Source: a virus (Duplodnaviria > Caudoviricetes). From it: DNA of 64,000 bases. Position 1 is the first letter of the stretch. Each line of letters opens with the position of its first letter. Where the stretch lies: IMG/VR virus record IMGVR_UViG_3300031867_000001, positions 186,504 through 250,503 of that record. One strand, given 5' to 3'. Below the pieces are notes generated by a model. The model was given only the letters and a program-made list of their open reading frames with translations, made no database searches and had not been told where the DNA came from. Position numbers and translations under genes: made by a program. This document shows, one piece after another, positions 1-9,600 of this stretch.

Positions 1-234
1 ATGCATTGGTGTATGCTGGAGAACATCATTGTTGTATTTGATATTCCAGCAACAAACACACACATCAACAACCCGGTTGTATAATTGATCATATAAATCG
101 GGATCTGTATATCGATCCAGAATGATTAAATCACCAAGCAATTGATACACCAATTCAGGTGTATCAATCGTTTGGTACTGACGGATGTCTGGGAATTGCG
201 ATTCATTCACATCTGTGTCACGATTAAAATTCAT
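1..234 (-). CDS. Hypothetical protein, truncated by window edge (MNFNRDTDVNESQFPDIRQY...)
   Basis: AAGGAGG SD just after the gyrB stop, ATG at 234, open for 78 codons to position 1. Not in the ORF track because no stop lies in the window. Confidence 0.7.
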   Translation of the reverse strand, partial: MNFNRDTDVNESQFPDIRQYQTIDTPELVYQLLGDLIILDRYTDPDLYDQLYNRVVDVCVCCWNIKYNNDVLQHTPMH

Positions 235-258
235 AATGGAATCCTCCTTCTCATTACA

Positions 259-2601
259 TTAAGAATCAATATCTGCTTTTGTGAACTTGAAATTCATCAA
301 CATATCTTTTCTTTGGTTGATATAGTCCTTACCTTGTCCGACTAATGCACCCATCTGAGACATTACAATCGCATCGTCCATTGTGACACGATAAATACGT
401 CTGACACTTGGATCCATAACCACTTCCCGCAGAACTTCTGGATCAGAAGATCCCAGTCCTTTGTAACGTCCTTTGATCTGAGGATAGATGTCTTCGATAT
501 ATTCAAAGAAGTGAGACAATTCACACTGTTCATCAATCTTACGTTTGTTCGATGTATAATGAATCATCAAACCATACTTCTTCAAGATATCAATCACGGA
601 TGATAGTTCGGTAATTAATTCGTCATCAATCATTACGAAATTATCCGTCAATTCAATGACTGAATAAATCTGATTGGTGTTATGGTCATATCCGATCTCA
701 CTAAAGACGGATGCAACAGACTTCAACCATTTGTCGATATGCTTGATGAATGCTTCTTTACTTCCGTAATGTGCAATACCAAATGCAATGTACTCCAATA
801 AGTATCTATTAACGGAACGATTGATCGAACACTCCTTCAGAATATTCAAGTAATCAAATGCATCTGTCACGAAATCAGAAGTTGAGATTTTGATTTTAGA
901 CATCGGGAATTCGGTCTTTAAATCACCAATGGATTTGATACACTGCTGAATGTATTCAGTTTGTGTTGCAACATACTTGACATCCTTACCACGCACGAGT
1001 TTGTACAGCGGTGGTTCTGCAATATACAACTTTCCTGCAAGAATCAACTCTGGTAAGAATCTCATAAAGAATGTGCACATCATGACACGAATATGGAATC
1101 CATCAATATCTGCATCAGTTGTGATAATGATCTTATCATATTTCAATTTCTTTAAGTCCGGCGGATATCCACACTCCAATGTCGGAATGACATGTTTCCA
1201 TGAATCAGATGTTAATGCCTTTTGTGGATCCGATTCGTATGTGTTTAATGGTTTACCCTTGAAGAAGAGAATTGCTTGATACCGTGCATCACGTGCACCA
1301 TTCAATCCACCACCTGCGGAATTACCCTCAACCAAGAATAACTCTTTTGGATGATCGGTTTTTACATTGGAACACGGAATGAATGAATCTGGGGTTGACC
1401 ATTGTCTCTTGACCTTTGTGACAGATTTCAAATCACGTGCTTGTTCACCTGCCATACGAGCACGGTGATTTCCAAGGATTGCTTCCACAATGGAACCAAT
1501 CGCTGTATGATTCGATTCATTCAATGCATCATAACACTTCTTGGCAATTTCTTGTCCAAGTGATTTTGATAATACTTTATGTTTCGACTGAGATGAGAAG
1601 ATGTGTGCCATATCACATTCTCCACGAACAACCAACTGCATATGTGCAAGAATGTCTTTCCGCAAATCTTCACCTTGTAATCTCTTATTACGACGAACAC
1701 ACTCTTCGGTCAAATACTTTGTTAATGCACGAATGATACCATCGACATGATCACCGTTCTCTGGTGTATAAATCATGTTCATCCAAGAGTGACGGATGTC
1801 TTCTTGATTATTGGCATACATCAATGCAAAATCAATCTTGTATTTACGATGTGTGGTTTTGTCCATAAAGGTTTCATCAATATCACCATGGAAGGATAAA
1901 CTCAAAGTATCGCTTAAACACTTTTCATCTTCACGATCAATTCCGAAGAATTGTTTCAATGGTTTATGTTGTACTTTATATGTCTTGCCATTTGCAATGT
2001 AAGTGACGTTTGTGTTCGGATGTAACGTGTAATCAAAGTCTTTCAACCAATCCAATACTCGATCGACGGGAATGTTTCCATAACCCATGACTTTCTTAGA
2101 CGGAGCATAAGTGACATCCAATCCATGTTCATCACCATTGTACTCTTCCAAGATTCGATCAACCAATTCCGCTTCTTTGTAAATCAGCGTCAAACGCTTA
2201 TGTTCATTTGGACGTGTTGATACGACTTTGAGATATGATGATAGTGCCAACAAACATGTGGAACCACCAAGTGAGTTTTCACCACGTGTTGCACCATTGG
2301 ATCGTGTCATATTGGTACCAGCTTGCATTGTCTCGTAAATCTTCTGCATAATGTCGGTCGGAATACCACGTCCATTATCAACAACTCGGATTTGTTTATC
2401 CGTCATAGTAATGGTGAATGAATCACATGGTGAATCTACTTTCATTGCTTCATCCGATGCATTATCAATCAATTCTTTACAAAGGTGAAATACTCCCGCT
2501 TCACCAATTGCGGAAATGAACATTGTCGGACGAGTTCGGATTCTTTGTATATCAACTTCAATGATATCATATTTGTCATCCTTGAATTGTTTCTTCTTCA
2601 T
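259..2601 (-). CDS. gyrB: Type IIA topoisomerase / DNA gyrase subunit B
   Basis: IRTRPTMFI, GHKL motifs ELIDNASDE and DNGRGIP, TOPRIM LVEGNSAGG, KGKPLN, TDADIDG, RYKGLG. Start moved to ATG 2601, which follows a GGAGG. Confidence 0.92.
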   Translation of the reverse strand: MKKKQFKDDKYDIIEVDIQRIRTRPTMFISAIGEAGVFHLCKELIDNASDEAMKVDSPCDSFTITMTDKQIRVVDNGRGIPTDIMQKIYETMQAGTNMTRSNGATRGENSLGGSTCLLALSSYLKVVSTRPNEHKRLTLIYKEAELVDRILEEYNGDEHGLDVTYAPSKKVMGYGNIPVDRVLDWLKDFDYTLHPNTNVTYIANGKTYKVQHKPLKQFFGIDREDEKCLSDTLSLSFHGDIDETFMDKTTHRKYKIDFALMYANNQEDIRHSWMNMIYTPENGDHVDGIIRALTKYLTEECVRRNKRLQGEDLRKDILAHMQLVVRGECDMAHIFSSQSKHKVLSKSLGQEIAKKCYDALNESNHTAIGSIVEAILGNHRARMAGEQARDLKSVTKVKRQWSTPDSFIPCSNVKTDHPKELFLVEGNSAGGGLNGARDARYQAILFFKGKPLNTYESDPQKALTSDSWKHVIPTLECGYPPDLKKLKYDKIIITTDADIDGFHIRVMMCTFFMRFLPELILAGKLYIAEPPLYKLVRGKDVKYVATQTEYIQQCIKSIGDLKTEFPMSKIKISTSDFVTDAFDYLNILKECSINRSVNRYLLEYIAFGIAHYGSKEAFIKHIDKWLKSVASVFSEIGYDHNTNQIYSVIELTDNFVMIDDELITELSSVIDILKKYGLMIHYTSNKRKIDEQCELSHFFEYIEDIYPQIKGRYKGLGSSDPEVLREVVMDPSVRRIYRVTMDDAIVMSQMGALVGQGKDYINQRKDMLMNFKFTKADIDS

Positions 2602-2700
2602 GTATAATAACCTCCAAATCATAAAAAGTATACGTAAAGAGAAGTTTCCTCCATTCGCATCTTAAATATGTAAATATGAAAAATGATAAAAAATGCATTG

Positions 2701-2726
2701 GATTGCGGGGGATATCCCCCGCAATC
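2701..2726 (-). terminator. GC-rich intrinsic terminator-like hairpin
   Basis: GATTGCGGGGG-ATAT-CCCCCGCAATC, with a T-run shortly downstream on the minus strand. Lies between divergent genes. Confidence 0.65.
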
Positions 2727-2856
2727 TAAATAGCATGATGGATTCACATATACTCCCGACCAATATATGTGAATGTGTTATCAGCATTAAGCCAATTCAA
2801 TTGATCATGAATTGATTTATTATCAGAGTAAGTATGTGTGGATAATTATTATTAAC

Positions 2857-2870
2857 GACCAAAATGTAAC
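2857..2870 (+). promoter_or_regulatory. Candidate late promoter RAC(C/A)-N6-TAA
   Basis: GACC-AAAATG-TAAC. The same motif precedes the sheath gene, the 29377/30418 divergent pair and gene 54842, and resembles the AR9 late consensus AACA-N6-TA. Confidence 0.5.
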
Positions 2871-2910
2871 TTTCTTGTTTTTCCATAATGATTAAAGGAG
2901 GCTTATTATA

Positions 2911-4419
2911 ATGAAAATCCAAAGCTTATATGATATTGAAACAGAAATCAAAGTCAATGGATTGAAAGAAGTGACTTCACAAAATCCATACAAGACACAG
3001 AACCAATATAATCCAGATGGTTTGTTCTCGGAAGAGATATTTGGTCAAACCGAGAATGAACGTCGATACAGATGTGGTTATATCAAATTACCAATTCATG
3101 TCTTTAATGGTGGAATATATAAAACCATCATTTCCAGAAGCGGTGGTATTATCAAGAAAATGGCATGTGGTGAAGTCAAATGTAATTTGATTGATGGTGT
3201 ACTCACGGCAGATGAAAATGGTAAATATTGTGGATTGGTCGATTTATATAATATCTGGGATAAGATCGATATTGAGAAAACATTATCGTCAAAACGTAAA
3301 GTGAATTTGGATATCTTAACCAAAAGCCCAAAGCGTTTGATATTCATCGATAAAGTATTGGTTGCACCTCCCAGTATGCGTGCAATTGGTATTAGAAATG
3401 GAAGACAAGTAAAGAGTGAGTTGAATACCTTCTATATGACTTTATTGGGATTAAAGAGCGTCATGGCTCATACAACAACCGAAGATACATATCAAGTGTA
3501 CAACAAGTATCAATCCACCGTTGTTTCCATATATGATTATATCAAGAACTTATTTGGTTCAAAGAATGGATTTGCACAAAAACACTTAGTAGCAAAGACA
3601 ACAACGTTCAATGCACGTAATGTCATATCTGCTCCAAAGTATAATACGGATAAACCAAACATTGGTTTATTCAGAACCGGATATCCATTACATTCACTAT
3701 GTTCCATGTTTAATCCATTCATCAAATTCCAATTGAAACAATTCATGTCATATTCCAATATCGTTTCGTTTCATCCAAATAAAGAAGAAGTAGATGCAGC
3801 ATTATTGAGTCAAATTTATGATGATAAAATGATTGATGATTTGGTTAAAATTTATATGAACAATCCCGGATCACGTTTTCGTATTTTGTACTTAGATCCA
3901 GATAATACAAAACCAATTATCTTTGAAGCGTTTGATATCAAGAATCAACAGCGTATTTCACGTCCATTAACATTAACCGACATTGTTTATATTGCATGCA
4001 AACATGGTGTTGTGGATGCAAATAAAATGGCATATACGGTTCGATATCCAATCGGCGATTATATGGGCGCATTCTTCACCAGAATCCATATCTTATCAAC
4101 CAACAAAGTCATGGACATTATGTTTATGGGAGAAACCTTTGAACAATATCCCGTTGTTGATTTGGAAGCATCACATGTTCGTGTATCAACCATGTTTGCA
4201 GAAACATTAACTCCATCCAATTCTCGGTTGAAAGCAATTGGTGGTGACTATGATGGTGATACCGTAAAGAGTGTTGGTATTTGGAGTGATGAAGCAAATG
4301 CAGAAGCAGAGAAGCTTATGTTAAGTAAGATCTACAATATCACAACACAATGCACAACCATGTTTCCTATCGAGATAGAATGCTTGAATGGTTTATATGC
4401 ATTAACAAAAGATGAGTAA
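2911..4419 (+). CDS. rpoC: Phage multisubunit RNA polymerase beta' subunit, N-terminal/catalytic part (probably virion RNAP)
   Basis: DGLFSEEIFG, CGYIKLP, ARNVIS, VRYP and catalytic GGDYDGD (NADFDGD equivalent) in only 502 aa. Split-subunit architecture typical of phiKZ/AR9-like phages. Confidence 0.9.
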   Translation: MKIQSLYDIETEIKVNGLKEVTSQNPYKTQNQYNPDGLFSEEIFGQTENERRYRCGYIKLPIHVFNGGIYKTIISRSGGIIKKMACGEVKCNLIDGVLTADENGKYCGLVDLYNIWDKIDIEKTLSSKRKVNLDILTKSPKRLIFIDKVLVAPPSMRAIGIRNGRQVKSELNTFYMTLLGLKSVMAHTTTEDTYQVYNKYQSTVVSIYDYIKNLFGSKNGFAQKHLVAKTTTFNARNVISAPKYNTDKPNIGLFRTGYPLHSLCSMFNPFIKFQLKQFMSYSNIVSFHPNKEEVDAALLSQIYDDKMIDDLVKIYMNNPGSRFRILYLDPDNTKPIIFEAFDIKNQQRISRPLTLTDIVYIACKHGVVDANKMAYTVRYPIGDYMGAFFTRIHILSTNKVMDIMFMGETFEQYPVVDLEASHVRVSTMFAETLTPSNSRLKAIGGDYDGDTVKSVGIWSDEANAEAEKLMLSKIYNITTQCTTMFPIEIECLNGLYALTKDE

Positions 4420-4622
4420 TGTGTATAATAAGAAAAAACTTTTTCATTGTACATATATTCTTTGATTGACCGGAGGTCAATCTTATTATATAATATTATA
4501 TAATAGAGAAAGAATAAAGAAAGATATACACATAAAGAGATATAACATGATACACATAAACAGCATACATAGGTATCATAGTATATTTTTTCCGCAAAGG
4601 AAATATAAGGGGCTGAGGATTT

Positions 4623-4934
4623 ATGGCTAAATTCTATATAGATGATCACAACAATATATCCGGAGACCATTACTTGGATTTATTCGGGAATAATGATGTA
4701 AAAGATCGGTTGGTGGAAGATATGGATATTAAGAATTATAGCGATAAAATCGCCAGTAAATCAATTGGTGATACATTGGTCAAAATTCAAAATGGTATCA
4801 ACAATGGTGACAATTGTTTGTTACATATTCTTTTTTGTAATGAAATGAATATTGATGAATCATGTAACCATGATGATTGCGAACAATGTATCTTGAAACA
4901 CATCAATGATCGCATTCATAATAACAAGAAATGA
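4623..4934 (+). CDS. Hypothetical protein with Cys/His-rich C-terminus
   Basis: 103-aa ORF with GAGG SD; C..C-N-H-D-D-C-E-Q-C pattern. Confidence 0.6.
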   Translation: MAKFYIDDHNNISGDHYLDLFGNNDVKDRLVEDMDIKNYSDKIASKSIGDTLVKIQNGINNGDNCLLHILFCNEMNIDESCNHDDCEQCILKHINDRIHNNKK

Positions 4935-4969
4935 TGCGATTGATATAATAATGATAACAGATAGGAGAG

Positions 4970-5935
4970 TTGTTTATGAAGTTAATTGATGGATTACAGA
5001 TGGCTTACGACATGTGTCCAGATGTGGATGAAAGCGAACAAACGAAAGAGCTGAATAAGTTATACCCAGATCCACAAGAATGGGCGGATGCTTACAATTC
5101 TTACAGAGCGCAACCCCAGTTATATCCCAATATCGCAACAATGTTATGTTCTCCATACATTGAAGACAATTGGGGTGATGTCAATGGTATTGTCGCTACA
5201 TTCAATGAAGATGTACAAACTTCATTCCGTGAAGATTACAAGATCGATCCAAATAAGATCTTTACACAAGACATTGCTGCATTGCGTAGTCTTGCAGCGG
5301 ATCAGATTCGTGTTAAGAAGTTATTTGAAAAACGTTTAACCGAGTCTTTGAAGGATAAGGATAAGTATGGATTGAATGAAAATGATATCATGGCAATGCA
5401 AGCTTTAACTGCAGCGAATAATGCAGTAACAGCAATCAACAAAGAACAGATCAACATTCGTAAAAATATTGCGGATATTCGACTGAAACAACAGCAGAAT
5501 CAAATGCGAAATACAAATAATTCCAGCGTTGACAGTGGTTCTATGGGTAATCAGTCATACAACTCTTCTTCGATCGGTCGTCAAATCATGGACGACTTGT
5601 TCAAGCAAGCTGGAACCAGAGTTGATCTTGATACGGTTATTCCATATACTGATTCAGTAGAAGGATCCATTGATCAAGCAGCGAATGTATTGGACGAATT
5701 AATTCCTTCCAATCCTACCTCTACCAGATATGAAACATTAAATCCAACAACATATGTTCTGGTAGATGAAGCTGGGAATAATCTCGGATATGAAACAATG
5801 GATGAAAACGGTAATGTCATCGAAGATTATAATAATCCAACTGCATTAATCCGTGAAATTGATCAATCAGCTGAAACTGCAATTGATGAATTGGATCGTG
5901 TATATCCAATCAAAAGAGTGAATAATCATGAATAA
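4970..5935 (+). CDS. Hypothetical protein with central coiled coil
   Basis: 321-aa ORF, AGGAG SD, followed by a terminator hairpin. Confidence 0.75.
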   Translation: MFMKLIDGLQMAYDMCPDVDESEQTKELNKLYPDPQEWADAYNSYRAQPQLYPNIATMLCSPYIEDNWGDVNGIVATFNEDVQTSFREDYKIDPNKIFTQDIAALRSLAADQIRVKKLFEKRLTESLKDKDKYGLNENDIMAMQALTAANNAVTAINKEQINIRKNIADIRLKQQQNQMRNTNNSSVDSGSMGNQSYNSSSIGRQIMDDLFKQAGTRVDLDTVIPYTDSVEGSIDQAANVLDELIPSNPTSTRYETLNPTTYVLVDEAGNNLGYETMDENGNVIEDYNNPTALIREIDQSAETAIDELDRVYPIKRVNNHE

Positions 5936-5946
5936 GTAAATGTATA

Positions 5947-5971
5947 ACAGTGGGGGATTATCCCCCACTGT
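5947..5971 (+). terminator. Intrinsic terminator-like hairpin
   Basis: ACAGTGGGGGA-TTA-TCCCCCACTGT immediately after the 5935 stop. Confidence 0.7.
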
Positions 5972-6600
5972 ATATTATATGAAATATAATTTCTTAATTT
6001 CTAATTCAAAAATTCTACCCATTCAAATCAAATAACGTTTTTATTTGATTTGAATGGAAGGAAGAAAACCTTTAATTGATTCTTTGATTTTAACCCTTAA
6101 GCGCAATCAAGAATCTAATTAAGGTAGATTTTAGAAATAAATTTTTGAAAATTCAATTTATCATGTAGTATTAGCGATTTATTTTTATTAATTTTTGAAA
6201 TGGGGTGTTATTTGCTTATACCAATAGATTTTTAAAATCGAAAAAATCGAAAAATCGGCAAATTTCAAAAAATTGATGAAAATTTTCATAAAATGTGAAT
6301 ATATTTATAAAATATATTATAATTAATTATATAAAATTATTGATGAAATTTATGTCAAAAATGATAAAAATTGATTGATCTCCACCAATCAATTTTTCAA
6401 TGTGAAACATGGGAATGTTCAAATTTGATATCAAATTGAAAACGGATATCCAAATTGATGATTCAATCAAAAATGAAGAATGATTGATATGATCAATTTG
6501 AATTTGTATGTAGATCAATCTCCTCAATTCTTAGCAGTTTTAAGTAATTTATATAAACCCACCCCCGCCCGCGGGCGGGGTGTACCTTTATATTATAAGA
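5972..6600. other. Very AT-rich non-coding region with long inverted repeats (candidate replication origin)
   Basis: 17-bp perfect IR at 6019-6057, nested IRs at 6005-6150, AAAATCG x3 at 6234-6257, IR at 6366-6397, GC hairpin at 6560-6582. Confidence 0.4.
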
Positions 6601-6612
6601 CCAAAATATAAT
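6599..6612 (+). promoter_or_regulatory. Candidate late promoter
   Basis: GACC-AAAATA-TAAT upstream of the tail sheath gene. Confidence 0.5.
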
Positions 6613-6686
6613 TGTCCGTGGTATTGTAACCGATTCTGCAGTACCTTAAACAATTAAAAATTCAATGTAAAGGAGATTTAAGGAAT

Positions 6687-9600
6687 ATGATTGATCCTAA
6701 ATACAGTTTGAAATATCATTTTCCACATAGTGTTGTCCACATTGTAGACAATTCCATGTACACTGGCGAAACTGTTGTACAGCAAGTGCCTGATCCTTCA
6801 CTGTTTTCGACAATCGTCGTAACGGGATTGCCTATGGGTGAAGACAATAAGTTTATCAGTGTTTCACGTTCTGATGTATTGAATACTGGTTTTGGAATCA
6901 ATACTCTGACAACGTCTGATATTAACAAATATTCTCAAGCTGTTGAGTATCCTATGGCTTTACTTCAGCAGAATGTTCCGGTTAAGCTGATGCGTATTAC
7001 ACCTGATGATGCAACATACGGTCTGGCTATAATCATGGTTCAGTGGAAGAAGACTGATAAGATCAGAAACAACAAGTTTGAAGTTCGTTTCAGAGTATTA
7101 CCTGAATCTGTAATTAATACCGACTTTGCTGATTTGAGCGAGTACAAGAACGTATCTCGTTTGAATAAAGCAATCATCACCAAGTTCAATAATCGTACGG
7201 AAGACGATTCCATGTACGAGTTCTCACTGCTTGAGTCTCAGCCGGCTGACTGGTCTACAAACTATAAGAAGTATTATGTATACAATGCAGAGACTCAGAA
7301 GTATGAGAACATTACTGGTGATAAGGCACCGGAGTTTGCTGCTAATACTTATTATACGAAGGAACTCGTATGGAATCAGAGAGTGTTCATGACTGTTATT
7401 TCTGCAGGACGTGGTTCTGCTTATAACAGAATGAAGTTCTTCATTAATAAGGCTCCCCAGTCTCGTAGACAGACTGCGGTGGCATACAATTTCGGCACGA
7501 TTGATACACTGAACGGTTTGGTTGTTGAGAACTTTGTTGCTGCATTGATCAATAACTCCAACAGTGTACTGACCACTGATGTGATCAACTATACTGCTAC
7601 GAAGATTGATACTGTAAACATTGCAGTTGCTAAGAGACTGGAAGGTTCTTCCGTCCTCGTTCCGACTGTCAATGAACAGGCAGTTCAGGAAGTATTTAAT
7701 GAATACATGGCTTACTTCAAGTCCAAGAAGGAAGTCAATGATACGGAATATGCAAACTATGGTCAAGCATATGATGAGATCTACAGAACTCTGAATTCTT
7801 CCAAGTTTGATATGCTGTATGGTATGTTCAATTACAAGGAGGCAACATTCAAGCTGCCGTATTACCAGGTAGACATGTATGATACTGAGCTTCCGAAGCT
7901 TCCTGTAAACCAGCTCATCCAGACTCGTGAAGCAAACGCTCCGACCGGTGATACCAATCCTGATTACACCAAGGACGGTCCGGTATACAATACCATCCAA
8001 GGTTATGGTGCGACCGTCTATGATGATGCGGCAACCAATACCAAGACCATTGTTGGTAATGTCGATGTAGCTGCACCGAATCTGGTATTCGATTCTTATA
8101 TCAAGCAGGCAATCTCCCAGACATTCAATGATAACAATGCACCGGCTCCTGGTGACTTGTATCTGAGTGGTGTGAATAACAAGAATCCGTTCTTGACGCT
8201 TGTAACAGGAATCAATCTGAAGAGTGGCGCTGTATCTACAATGACCTTTACCAAGGTTTACCAGCTTGACAGAAACGGTGCTATTGATAAGACAGTTCCT
8301 TCCAAGCTGATTTCTCGTGCATATTCGAACGTATCTCCGTTGTTGGTTTCTGGTTCTTCTACTGCATCAGGAGACTTCGTCAAGAAGCTGAATGCAATCG
8401 GTACTTACGGTCTGAACACGGACGATGTCATTGCAGTATCTGGTATTTATGGCGAACAAGGGTCTGCTAATGGTGGTACGGCTGATGAGTATACTCAGTT
8501 CCATCTGTATAAGGTCACGATGAATACTGACGGTGTTGGTATTAAGAATTTAACTCAGTATCCGGCAAACCTGTACAGTGTAATTGACTATAACTCCAAC
8601 TATCTCTATGAAAAGGGAGTAGACGCACAGATCTGCAGAAAGTCCAAGTATAATGAGAGTACGAGACCTGCTTCTTATTCTCGTCTTGGTTCTTTGTGGA
8701 TCAATGATGTTTCCACTACTGTTAGTCATGGTGGAAATGGCAAGACCGCGGGTACTGCATCATTTGATGGTCATACTGGTGAAGGTCTTGGTACTGCTCC
8801 GTGTTATCTGGCATACTTCGATAAGAGTGGTGAACCTGTATTCTATACAGTATCAGCATATGCAACTTATGTTTCTGCCACTGGTGCTGGCGAATATAGT
8901 GGTCATACCACGTTCTTCCGTGCATTTACTTCTGTTCCTACTGGAATTGCGGTTAATGTAAATACGGATATTATCGGTGAGCAGTTCGATGTCATGGTAT
9001 ATGACAGACCTGGTACAAATGACAATGGTTCCGGTCCGATCGGTCCTGTGAATATCGGCAATGATCCCGCTGAATACATCTTCAGATGCAATGTTCAGTC
9101 TGCCGTTAATAACACTTATCGTGTTACTTATGCGGCTGGAATTGATGTTCCTGCGAACTACTATCTGAATGATTATGGCGATATCGTCTATTCTACAATC
9201 TCTACCTCTTCTTCTGAAGGTGGTATTCCGATTGTATGTGGATCTACTGGATTCTTCGATGATAACACCATTTCCGAATTGGAGTTCAAGTGGAAGTATT
9301 CCGCACTTCTGGTTCGTGCATTCCGCGGTGAGATCGATCCTCGTATTCTGTCACCGATCCGTGTTCCGGCATTCTACCTGTTTGATGCAGGATTCAATAC
9401 GGTATGTGGCATGAACGTACTTCCGTACACTGTTCCGAATGTAGAGGATGTCATTTATGCATCCACCATCTTCACGGAAGAGGAGAAGGAAGCTGTTATG
9501 TACGACAAGTCTACAATTGCATCCATCAAGTCTTATGAGGATATTGATGTTAAGCAAGCAATGTATGATTTGATGATTGAGCGTGTATACCAGAGAATTC

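Noticed and set aside
2770-2830. CUGAUAA words suggesting a hammerhead ribozyme
   Set aside because: The core should be CUGANGA with a matching GAAA and three stems; these were not found.
4332-4670. 112-aa minus-strand ORF, and 66-aa ORF 6327-6527
   Set aside because: Low-complexity AT-rich intergenic translations without SD; the first overlaps real genes.
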